From Alphaproteobacteria bacterium (GTDB taxonomy: Bacteria; Pseudomonadota; Alphaproteobacteria; GCA-2746255), in contig JAJFGH010000074.1 of assembly GCA_021776275.1 (NCBI GenBank), positions 1 to 53,937 of the forward strand: 53,937 bases of DNA, read 5' to 3'. Under the pieces are notes generated by a model. That model saw only the letters and a list, made by a program, of their open reading frames with translations, ran no database searches and was not told the DNA's origin. A program made the position numbers and the translations under genes. Each line of letters begins with the position of its first letter. Positions within the stretch are counted from its first letter, which is position 1. Below, piece by piece: positions 16,357-23,934 of this stretch.

Positions 16357-19239
16357 TTATTCCGCAGGCTTTAGAAGACTGGAAGGAAGAACGAGACGAA
16401 AGCCCGAAGGCACGGCCAACGGCCGTCGCGTCGTTGGGGTTTGTTTTCCGCCCGTTAATTCGAAGACCCGCTCGGACAGATAGACATCCAACATCGAGAC
16501 CGTGATGTAAGGCTTCTTTCGATAGGCGGCCTCTCCCCCAATGGCCTCCAGCAAGGCTTCCGTAAAGGCGCCGTTTCGCCAAACCTCGCTTTCCAATGAA
16601 AGCTGTTCGCTAGCCGAGGAAGCAAAAACCACAACGCCATATTCCGGGCTGGCAAGGTCGTTGACAACGCGGTTGACGTCTACGGGCGGACGATCCCCTC
16701 CCCAAACCCCGGCGGCATGGCAGGTATCGACGAAAAGGAACGTTCTGGCAGGAATGCTGGCCAGGGCGTCCCGGATTTTTTCATACGGCATCGCCGTTTC
16801 TTTCAAGCGTTCCGGATCCACTTTAGTCGGCAGGAAAAAATAATTTCCCTTTGCATCGTCAACGCCATGACCGGCAAAAAAGACGATGGCAACGTCGCCT
16901 GGCTGCGGCGCCGTTTGAATCCATTCGAGCCCTGCAAAAATATTTTCGAGAGATGCCTTATCATCCTGAAGAAGCTTAGTCTCTACGGAATGGTAAAGGC
17001 CTCCTTTTTGAAGCTTGGCGATCGCGGTGAAGTCGCGGGCATCCTGGTTCGCATAATTGAGCCGCAGCGCAGGATTTTCATAAGCACTTATCCCGACCGC
17101 CAATACGTAGAGCGTTGGCTTTCCGCCAGCCGCATTCCTGCCGGTCAAGGCGTAGGAAGCCGCTTCGCTATAGACGCCGTGACGATTCTTGGCGACAACC
17201 GAGATGCCCCTGGCATTTTTTGGAATTGTGACGTCAAGGCGATGCTGGGTGCCATCTGCCGTCGCCGCGATCTTTCCCTCGATGTCGGCGATCGGCCTGC
17301 CGTCCGCCATAATGCGGATTTCTGCCGCAGGCTCTCCGTTTGCCGAACGCAGGGAATAGCGAAGCGTAACCTGATCCGGGCCCGCCGCCTTCTCGGTGGC
17401 CTCGATCGAGATGACCGGAGGCAAGATCTCGGCAATGCCGCGTTGCCGTTGCTTGCGGCCGGCAGCGCGGTTGGCGGCGGCCAGCGCCTTGCCTTCGTCC
17501 AGAAAAGCCAGAACCTGGCCGACGACGTCCGGGCGGTAAAGGTCATCGCGAAAACGCGAGACGGAAAAGAAATCCGCGGCGTACCCCTTGCCCCGGTTCA
17601 CATGCCAACCGATGAGGTCGTCCCCGCCAGCGGAAGCCATGTAATAGCCCGAAGGCGTCCACGCCACCCACCGCTTGTCCCGGTGCGGGAAAAGGGCAAG
17701 CAGTTCTTCGCCATCGGCCACGCGATACCAACGGATGGTGCCATCCCCAAGGGCAAGAATGGCAAGCTTGCCGCTTTGCGCAACGTTGACGGCCCAGACC
17801 TGCTCGGGCGTTTGCACGTTCCAAATCTCTGCGCCCTTGCGGTCAAAATGGCGCAGGCGCCAACGGGTGCCCAACAGAAAGCTGTCGCCATCCGGCAGAA
17901 TGGCGAGGCTAAAGGCCCGTTCATGGCGCTTGAGGGGAAGCGGACGGCCCTGAAGGGTCGGCTCGCGGGAATCCCGCCAGTTTTCAATGACGAGCCCCTC
18001 GCCCTCGGTGACCGGCGGCAAGAAGCCATCTCCAGCCGCGGGCGGATCGCGCGTCAAAGCGCGCGCGGCAATCGAAAAACGCGCCGGCGACTGCCCCCAA
18101 CGATCAAAGCCGAAAAAAACGGTGCCGCCATCGGGGGAAACGAGAAACCGGTCGTCCAGATTTTGAAACTTCGCGATCGACGTCGTTTGCGTAAAAACCC
18201 TTCGGAAAGAAGAGTCGAAAGCGCCAAAGGCCGGGTCGTCACTTGCATAAAAAACGCCACCGTCTTTCCGCGCAAGCAGGTGCATCACCATATCTTGCGA
18301 AGCCGCTCTCTCAAGGCGCCGGCCTTTCCCGCTTTTGTCCCAGCGAAGAAGAAGCTTGCGACCGCCTTTCTCATATTTACCGGCGGCGAAAAGAAAACGG
18401 CCATCCAGAGACCAGGCAACCCGAGCTAAATTTCCCTTCTCGATGCCATTTATATCGGGCGTAAAAAGAAGCGCGAGATCGCGCGCGGAGAACACCTCTA
18501 CAAGCGGCTCATCATACCCCACGGCGATTTTCTCTCCATCCGGCGAAAAGCTCGCCATGACGGGGATTCGCGCCGGCAAGGACGGCGTCTTTGCGATCCG
18601 GCGAAAGGACGCATCGTAAAGCCGGACATGACCATCCAGAGAAGCCGTGACCAATCGGCCATCCTGGGCGAACTCGGCCGAAAGCGTATCGTCCTCGTAA
18701 TCCTTGTCTTCGGCGACAAGCCGAAAATCCTTTGCGTCATAGATTCGAAGGCCATGCTCCGACTTGAAAGTGACCGCCAGATAGTTGCCGTCTTGCGAAA
18801 AAGCCAAATGCAGGGGCCGAAGCGGCAAGTCGCCGATTCGACGGATCATCTGACCGGAAGCCGTCTCAAAGAGATAAAGGCTCCAGTCCTCGCCCCAGCC
18901 ACCGGTCCAACCACCCGCGACGATACGCTTGCCATCGGGAGAAACGGCCAGCGCATAGAGGGCGCCCTCCTTGCCGGCATCAATGGGCATGCGGATGACC
19001 CGGATCAGCTCGCCTTTCGGCAGCGCCCAAACCCGGATGGTCTTGTCATAAGAGGACGTAACGAGGATGCGGTTGGCGGCGTCCACGCCAAAGCGATTGA
19101 TCGAGGCCGTGTGGGTACCCGCCTCGATCCGGAGAATGGGGCTTTCCGGCGGAGCGGTACCTGCCGCTACAGCTTGACGCGCGCTGGAACCCATCGCCAA
19201 AAGGGCGCAAAAAACGCTTATAAAAGTAATGAATCTCAC
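16357..19239 (-). CDS. Secreted WD40-repeat protein with a C-terminal caspase (peptidase C14) domain
   Basis: 960 aa with a signal peptide. Multiple WD-like blades (SSYDKTIRVWAL, SLDGHVRLYD, LGDGTIRWYRV). C-terminal LYVLAVGISAYEN, FFAGHG and FVDTCHAAG. Confidence 0.9.
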   Translation of the reverse strand: MRFITFISVFCALLAMGSSARQAVAAGTAPPESPILRIEAGTHTASINRFGVDAANRILVTSSYDKTIRVWALPKGELIRVIRMPIDAGKEGALYALAVSPDGKRIVAGGWTGGWGEDWSLYLFETASGQMIRRIGDLPLRPLHLAFSQDGNYLAVTFKSEHGLRIYDAKDFRLVAEDKDYEDDTLSAEFAQDGRLVTASLDGHVRLYDASFRRIAKTPSLPARIPVMASFSPDGEKIAVGYDEPLVEVFSARDLALLFTPDINGIEKGNLARVAWSLDGRFLFAAGKYEKGGRKLLLRWDKSGKGRRLERAASQDMVMHLLARKDGGVFYASDDPAFGAFDSSFRRVFTQTTSIAKFQNLDDRFLVSPDGGTVFFGFDRWGQSPARFSIAARALTRDPPAAGDGFLPPVTEGEGLVIENWRDSREPTLQGRPLPLKRHERAFSLAILPDGDSFLLGTRWRLRHFDRKGAEIWNVQTPEQVWAVNVAQSGKLAILALGDGTIRWYRVADGEELLALFPHRDKRWVAWTPSGYYMASAGGDDLIGWHVNRGKGYAADFFSVSRFRDDLYRPDVVGQVLAFLDEGKALAAANRAAGRKQRQRGIAEILPPVISIEATEKAAGPDQVTLRYSLRSANGEPAAEIRIMADGRPIADIEGKIAATADGTQHRLDVTIPKNARGISVVAKNRHGVYSEAASYALTGRNAAGGKPTLYVLAVGISAYENPALRLNYANQDARDFTAIAKLQKGGLYHSVETKLLQDDKASLENIFAGLEWIQTAPQPGDVAIVFFAGHGVDDAKGNYFFLPTKVDPERLKETAMPYEKIRDALASIPARTFLFVDTCHAAGVWGGDRPPVDVNRVVNDLASPEYGVVVFASSASEQLSLESEVWRNGAFTEALLEAIGGEAAYRKKPYITVSMLDVYLSERVFELTGGKQTPTTRRPLAVPSGFRLVLPSSLLKPAE

Positions 19240-19290
19240 AAATTGATAGCCATTTCAGTAGGTTAGGCAAATCGCCCTTTAGGGATACCC

Positions 19291-19320
19291 TTGACTTAAC
19301 CGGAAAGTTGGCATCAAAAT
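19291..19320 (+). promoter_or_regulatory. Candidate sigma70-type promoter of the peptide/radical SAM operon
   Basis: TTGACT (19291-19296), an 18-nt spacer, then CAAAAT (19315-19320), about 40 nt upstream of the first small ORF. Prediction by eye only. Confidence 0.3.
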
Positions 19321-19359
19321 CAATAGCCTGATTTTCATCGTCTCTTTGGGGGAACGGTC

Positions 19360-19506
19360 ATGAAAACGTCCAAATTGCTCGCCTGTTTTTTCGTCATCGC
19401 TTTCGCATTCGCCTCTTTCGCACCGGTCGTGATGCTTGGTGGCAACGCCCATGCGAGCGCCGGAACCGGCGAGGCCTGCGAAGCCGGCCCGGATGGGGAA
19501 TGCTAG
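19360..19506 (+). CDS. Small secreted Cys-containing peptide (48 aa, not in ORF track)
   Basis: GGGGGA ribosome-binding site 6-7 nt upstream of ATG 19360. Translates MKTSKLLACFFVIAFAFASFAPVVMLGGNAHA/SAGTGEACEAGPDGEC, a canonical Sec signal with an AHA cleavage site and a 16-aa mature part with a CX7C pair. TAG at 19504-19506. Confidence 0.5.
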   Translation: MKTSKLLACFFVIAFAFASFAPVVMLGGNAHASAGTGEACEAGPDGEC

Positions 19507-19553
19507 CGGCACACCAAATTGCTGCGAGCTTTCTAGCCCCTACCTTTCGGAGG

Positions 19554-20249
19554 ATGGCCGCGATGTTTTCGAAGCAGCCAAGATTCTTTCTTTTTGCGTT
19601 CAGCGCAGCGTTTCTTTTGACCTTTGCCGCACCCCAAGCCGCGGAAAAGGCGTCCAATGTCGAAGTGGAAACGCTGCGAAAGGTCAACCTGGCGCGCCAG
19701 ATCATTCAGCTTGGGATCGAAGACAAGGATCCCTTCGCCCTGATCGTCGCCGCCCGGATTTTCCGAGAAATCCCGCCAATTGAAGGGCCGCCGCCGAAGA
19801 AGATCAGCGGCAATTTGGCTGAGGACCGATCCACCGGCTCCGAGCAGATGTCCCTCGTTCTCGATCACTCGGTCGGCAATCTTTTGAAGAAGGCGCGGGA
19901 ATTTGCCGGTGACCGCCAGGACATTCTCGCCTTGATCGAGGACATTGCCGCCATGTCCCCCCGCGGCGCAGGCGGTGTCATACATCTGGATCAAATTCTT
20001 TCCGGCAAGACGGATGCCTATGAAATTACCTATGAGGGGAAAAAGCCCGCCGCTCTTTATATCGAAGCGCAGGACAACGTCGATTTGGACCTGCGCATCG
20101 AAGACAAGGCGGGAAAGAAAATCTGCGAGGACATGCGCCAGGGCGTTACCTCGCTTTGCGAATGGGACCCCGAAGAGACGGCGCCATTCGTCATCAAAAT
20201 CATCAACACAGACGACACACCAACCGAATACATTCTGTTGACGAATTAG
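19554..20249 (+). CDS. Secreted hypothetical protein, C-terminal beta-sandwich (pre-peptidase C-terminal-like) region
   Basis: ORF 19500..20249. Start is probably ATG 19554 or 19563, next to GGAGG. Signal peptide FFLFAFSAAFLLTFAAPQA. The C-terminus ALYIEAQDNVDLDLRIEDKAGKKICED...CEWD resembles PPC domains. Confidence 0.7.
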   Translation: MAAMFSKQPRFFLFAFSAAFLLTFAAPQAAEKASNVEVETLRKVNLARQIIQLGIEDKDPFALIVAARIFREIPPIEGPPPKKISGNLAEDRSTGSEQMSLVLDHSVGNLLKKAREFAGDRQDILALIEDIAAMSPRGAGGVIHLDQILSGKTDAYEITYEGKKPAALYIEAQDNVDLDLRIEDKAGKKICEDMRQGVTSLCEWDPEETAPFVIKIINTDDTPTEYILLTN

Positions 20250-20267
20250 GCCGTTGACGATGGGGGC

Positions 20268-20492
20268 ATGAGACAAATGACAGCGCGCCTACCTTTTAGA
20301 AAACGAACCATTCAGAAAGCTTCCCGCTGGACATTGGCGCTGGTGAGCGCCTTCGGCCTTGGCGCGATTTCCACGCCGCCCGCCATGGCCGCCGAAAGTG
20401 AAAAACCAATCGGCCCGATCGCATCCGATGCCGGGGCAGAAATGTTGGCTCAAACCAGCTGCGGCTGCGCCGTGACCGGGGTGCGGGGGTAA
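20268..20492 (+). CDS. Candidate RiPP precursor peptide A1 (signal-peptide-like leader, core ...EMLAQTSCGCAVTGVRG)
   Basis: 71-74 aa (ATG 20268 or 20277). Paralog of A2. Differences between the copies are concentrated at synonymous third positions in this frame. Located immediately upstream of the radical SAM gene. Confidence 0.65.
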   Translation: MRQMTARLPFRKRTIQKASRWTLALVSAFGLGAISTPPAMAAESEKPIGPIASDAGAEMLAQTSCGCAVTGVRG

Positions 20493-20505
20493 AAGGAGTA
20501 CGAGC

Positions 20506-20709
20506 TTGCCATTGAGAAAACGCACGATCCGAAAAGCCGCCCATTGGGCCCTGGCGTTGATGGGCGCCTTTGGCCTTGGCGCTTCTCCCACATCCACCAT
20601 GGCCGCCAAGGCGGAAAGCTCCCCCTTGCCGACAGCCCCCGATGCCGAGGCGGAAATGCTGGCCCAGAATTGTTGCAGCACCACCACCGTGACCGGAGTG
20701 CGGGGTTAG
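20506..20709 (+). CDS. Candidate RiPP precursor peptide A2 (core ...EMLAQNCCSTTTVTGVRG)
   Basis: TTG start 7 nt after an AAGGAG ribosome-binding site. 67 aa. Shares the RKRTI-K...W-LAL--AFGLGA N-region and the EMLAQ...VTGVRG C-terminus with A1. Confidence 0.65.
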   Translation: MPLRKRTIRKAAHWALALMGAFGLGASPTSTMAAKAESSPLPTAPDAEAEMLAQNCCSTTTVTGVRG

Positions 20710-20742
20710 GGAAACCGAACCCAGGCACCCGCCCATACGCCG

Positions 20743-22512
20743 TTGCGAATTCTTCGTATCCTCCCTCCCGGTCGCTTTCCGACGGTCGTCCACGACCCAG
20801 GCCGTTGGCTGGACCGTCTCGCCACGGATCCCGGCATCGAGGTCCTCTCCTACAGCTTGAACCATGCCTGGTGGCGTGTCCTCTGTTCGCCCGCCGTCTG
20901 GAAGGCCGTGCTCGCCCCCCTCTCCGCGACCCAGCGCCTGCGCAGACGTCTCGAATGGTCGGCCGCGGATTTTGAAGCAAAGGCAGGCACCAAAGCCGCC
21001 GCCGAGGCGCTTGCGAATTTCTACCGGCCGGAAACCTATGCCAATCGGGAAGCCTATTTTACGGCCGTCATGGCCCTTGCCAGGCACGTGGAGGCCTTAA
21101 ACGGCGCGCAAGATGAATTGACGTTTTCCCTACAGCATGGGGTCCTAGCGCATGGGCTGAATTATCGGGCAAGCGCGGAACTGGTCCGGTACGCAAACCG
21201 TGACACGCTGCTTGCGCGTTCGATGGTGGCGGCCCTCGAAGACTGTCCGGAAGCGGTGGATCTGCTTTGCCTCTCCGCCAACTCACCGTTTGATTTTCTG
21301 ACGGCGCTTATCGCCGCCCGCCTTCTTCGCGAGCGCCATCCGCGTCTTCACATATGTCTCACCGATCATGGTTATGAGAATTTCTCCCTGCAGCCGCATC
21401 TCGATCGCCTCCGCCAAGCCGGTACGCTGGACACGATTTTCGACACGGTGATCGAATCGCGGGACGAGCGGGACGTCATTTTGCCGGCGCTAGCCCAGCG
21501 GATAGCGGCCCAAAAACCCATCCGCGGTTTCTTGCGGAAAACCGAATTCCCAGAAGCTCCAGCGGCTTCCTCCGCACAAGCCTTGCCCGCCCCTCTTGTG
21601 CCGACCTTCTCAAGCGAACCGGTGCTGTGGACGCGCATTAGCCAACGGCGCTGTTATTGGAGCCGCTGCACGTTCTGCACGCAAAATTCAAAATATGATG
21701 ACCCGCGGGTGCCTACGAAGTCCGAAATTGCCGGCGCTTTGGATCGCATTCAGGCACAAATCACCGCCGGTTATCGGAACCTGCATTTCTCGGACGAAGC
21801 CGTATCGCCGGCGCTTCTCCGCCTTTTCAGCGAAGGCATCCTGGAGCGTGGCCTTTCTTTTCGCTGGGGATGCCGGTGCAAGCTTGACCCCTCGCAGACG
21901 CCCGAGCTGTTTCGTCTTGCCCGCGAGGCGGGGTGCTACGAAATCATCTTCGGGCTTGAGAGCATCTCGCCGCGCGTTCAAAAATTGATGGACAAGCATG
22001 TGGAGGGATTGGATCAAGAGCGGATTGCCGAAATTTTTGGCGCCGTCCACGGGGCGGGGATTGCCCTTTTCATCAATTTGATCGCCGGCTTCCCAGGTGA
22101 TACGCCCGAGGAAACGACGGCATCCGTGGCGTTCCTGATCGACACGTGTCAAAATTTCGAAAACACAACCTATGTTTTGAACCCCTTCGGGCTTTTCCCC
22201 GCGACGCCGATCATGGACAACCCCGCCGCCTTCGGCGTTGTTCCCATTGAGGCGGCAGGCGATATGGTGTCGGCCTATGGCTACGATCTGGACCCAAAAA
22301 TCCGCGACGCCACCTTGGCAGCCGCCGCGGCCATGCCCGAGATGAAAGCGCGCCTGAACGCCGCGTTTGGCTGGGATCGGCTGGGCCTTGGCGCAACCCT
22401 TGAGACGGTGCAGGCGCTTTATTTCGAAATGGGTCATGGCGCCCTTTTCAAGGCCATGCCCCATAACCCATTGGCAAATTTTGCCGGAAGACCCGATCGG
22501 CGCGCCTCATGA
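20743..22512 (+). CDS. Radical SAM protein with an N-terminal B12-binding-like domain and atypical CX4CX2C cluster motif
   Basis: 589 aa. RRCYWSRCTFCTQ at nt 21652-21678 (Cys304, Cys309, Cys312). The downstream region (GCYEIIFGLES, INLIAGFPGDT) is typical of class-B-like radical SAM cores. No C-terminal Cys-rich SPASM/twitch region. Confidence 0.88.
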   Translation: MRILRILPPGRFPTVVHDPGRWLDRLATDPGIEVLSYSLNHAWWRVLCSPAVWKAVLAPLSATQRLRRRLEWSAADFEAKAGTKAAAEALANFYRPETYANREAYFTAVMALARHVEALNGAQDELTFSLQHGVLAHGLNYRASAELVRYANRDTLLARSMVAALEDCPEAVDLLCLSANSPFDFLTALIAARLLRERHPRLHICLTDHGYENFSLQPHLDRLRQAGTLDTIFDTVIESRDERDVILPALAQRIAAQKPIRGFLRKTEFPEAPAASSAQALPAPLVPTFSSEPVLWTRISQRRCYWSRCTFCTQNSKYDDPRVPTKSEIAGALDRIQAQITAGYRNLHFSDEAVSPALLRLFSEGILERGLSFRWGCRCKLDPSQTPELFRLAREAGCYEIIFGLESISPRVQKLMDKHVEGLDQERIAEIFGAVHGAGIALFINLIAGFPGDTPEETTASVAFLIDTCQNFENTTYVLNPFGLFPATPIMDNPAAFGVVPIEAAGDMVSAYGYDLDPKIRDATLAAAAAMPEMKARLNAAFGWDRLGLGATLETVQALYFEMGHGALFKAMPHNPLANFAGRPDRRAS

Positions 22513-23414
22513 CGACGGTCTTTCTCACCGGCGCTTCCGGCCAGCTTGGCCAAGCGGTGGCAGGCGAGTTGCTGGCCCGGGGCCATGAGGTGGCGGCGAT
22601 GGTGCGCCGGCCCGTTTTTCCCAAGGGTTGTCGCCCGGTTCTCGGCACGCTCGAAGACGTCGGCCAATTGGCCCATGAGATAGCCAAGGCCGACGCCATC
22701 GTCCATGTCGCATCGGCACGCAGCAACAACCGGGAAGAGGTGGTTCAGAAGGACATCCTTGGCACTGGGCATCTTCTCGATGCCTGGGCGCGAGGAAACT
22801 TCGTCTATGCCAGCAGCCAGACGGTTTACGGCGTGCCCCAAGGCGACCTTACCGAGGCCGCCCCCTTGCAACCGGTCGTCTGGTACGACCTTGGAAAAAT
22901 CTGCAACGAATTTCAAATCGCAATGGCGGCGGAAACGGGCAATCGTGGCGCCGGCCTTTCCCTTCGCATGGCCGTCATGTTTGGCCCCGTTGCAAAAAGC
23001 AAAGGCCCGCCGCAATTTCACGAGATGATTTACGAGGAATGCCAAAAAGGCAGCGCGTTTCTCCTGGATTCGGAGGAGGCGCTTGAAACCTACGGCACGT
23101 CCTTCATCGGCGATCGCGACTTGGCACGCGCCATCGCCGATTCTATCAGCCTTACCGAGACCGGCCCCTACAACATCGCCGGGCCTTTCTGCAGCTGGAA
23201 GGAATTGATTGAAACCATCGACCGATTTGCCGGCACGCGGTCGAAATTCATCTTTCGGAAAGGCGCCGTGCCAAAGCCTGGGGAATTCCGCTTGCCGCAA
23301 TCGCGCTCGTTTATCAATTCACAAAAATTCGACGCGGCAACGGGCTTTTGCGCAGAACAAACTTTGGAAGAACTGATTGAGCGGTTTGTCCAATTTCGCA
23401 GCGACTCTAAATAA
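22509..23414 (+). CDS. NAD(P)-dependent epimerase/dehydratase family (extended SDR) protein
   Basis: TGASGQLGQAVAGELLARGHEV Rossmann motif and a YDLGK (YxxxK) catalytic motif. ATGA overlap with the radical SAM stop. Confidence 0.9.
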   Translation: MTTVFLTGASGQLGQAVAGELLARGHEVAAMVRRPVFPKGCRPVLGTLEDVGQLAHEIAKADAIVHVASARSNNREEVVQKDILGTGHLLDAWARGNFVYASSQTVYGVPQGDLTEAAPLQPVVWYDLGKICNEFQIAMAAETGNRGAGLSLRMAVMFGPVAKSKGPPQFHEMIYEECQKGSAFLLDSEEALETYGTSFIGDRDLARAIADSISLTETGPYNIAGPFCSWKELIETIDRFAGTRSKFIFRKGAVPKPGEFRLPQSRSFINSQKFDAATGFCAEQTLEELIERFVQFRSDSK

Positions 23415-23442
23415 AAAGGCCCGCGCAAAGCGCGGGCCCTTT
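23415..23442. terminator. Strong bidirectional rho-independent terminator
   Basis: AAAAGGCCCGCGC-AAA-GCGCGGGCCCTTT. Separates the SDR gene (+) from cspA (-). Confidence 0.85.
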
Positions 23443-23466
23443 CATTTCATCTTATCCGCAGCCGGA

Positions 23467-23676
23467 TTAGTCGGCGAGCTTCAAATTGCCGGCAAAGGTT
23501 TTACCATTCTGCCCGCTCTCAAGCTCATACTCGACCTGCTGACCTTCATTGAGGCCCGGCAGTCCAGCACGCTCGACCGCTGAAACATGGACGAAGACAT
23601 CCTTCGATCCATCTTCTGGCGTAATAAACCCATATCCTTTGACAGGGTTGAACCATTTCACGGTTCCAGTACTCAT
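23467..23676 (-). CDS. cspA: Cold-shock protein (CspA family)
   Basis: [34 protein letters not shown]... contains the RNP1/RNP2 motifs. Start at 23676 after an AAGAAGGAA ribosome-binding site. Confidence 0.95.
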   Translation of the reverse strand: MSTGTVKWFNPVKGYGFITPEDGSKDVFVHVSAVERAGLPGLNEGQQVEYELESGQNGKTFAGNLKLAD

Positions 23677-23884
23677 TTGACTTATTCCTTCTTTAATTGT
23701 CATAGCCGCCCGCACGTTACGCGTAGGCGCGTCCTCGTTAAAAAATTCCTGGGGTATAGCAGCTAGGTCGGCTTGACAAAGCAGGATACGTCCGGGTCTT
23801 CGAAGACGAAGAGGATGATATAGGGCGAAGGCCACAAAATTTCAAAGAATTTGTAAAAACCCCTTGTAAATCAGGGGGGATAGG

Positions 23885-23934
23885 TGGTGGGCGCACACGG
23901 ACTCGAACCGTGGACCCGCTGATCAAGCGTCAGG
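23885..23934 (-). pseudogene. tRNA-Lys 3' fragment (degenerate anticodon arm, T-arm, acceptor 3' strand, CCA)
   Basis: The reverse complement reads CCTGACGCTTGATCAGCGGGTCCACGGTTCGAGTCCGTGTGCGCCCACCA. The T-arm CACGG/TTCGAGT/CCGTG is intact, but the anticodon loop has G at positions 33 and 37 and there is no proper D-arm upstream. Confidence 0.6.

Noticed and set aside
20296-21087. 263-aa and 176-aa minus-strand ORFs covering the precursor-peptide region
   Set aside because: Substitutions between the two tandem copies fall at third positions of the plus-strand frame, and each plus-strand peptide has its own ribosome-binding site. The antisense frames are Gly/Arg/Pro-rich.
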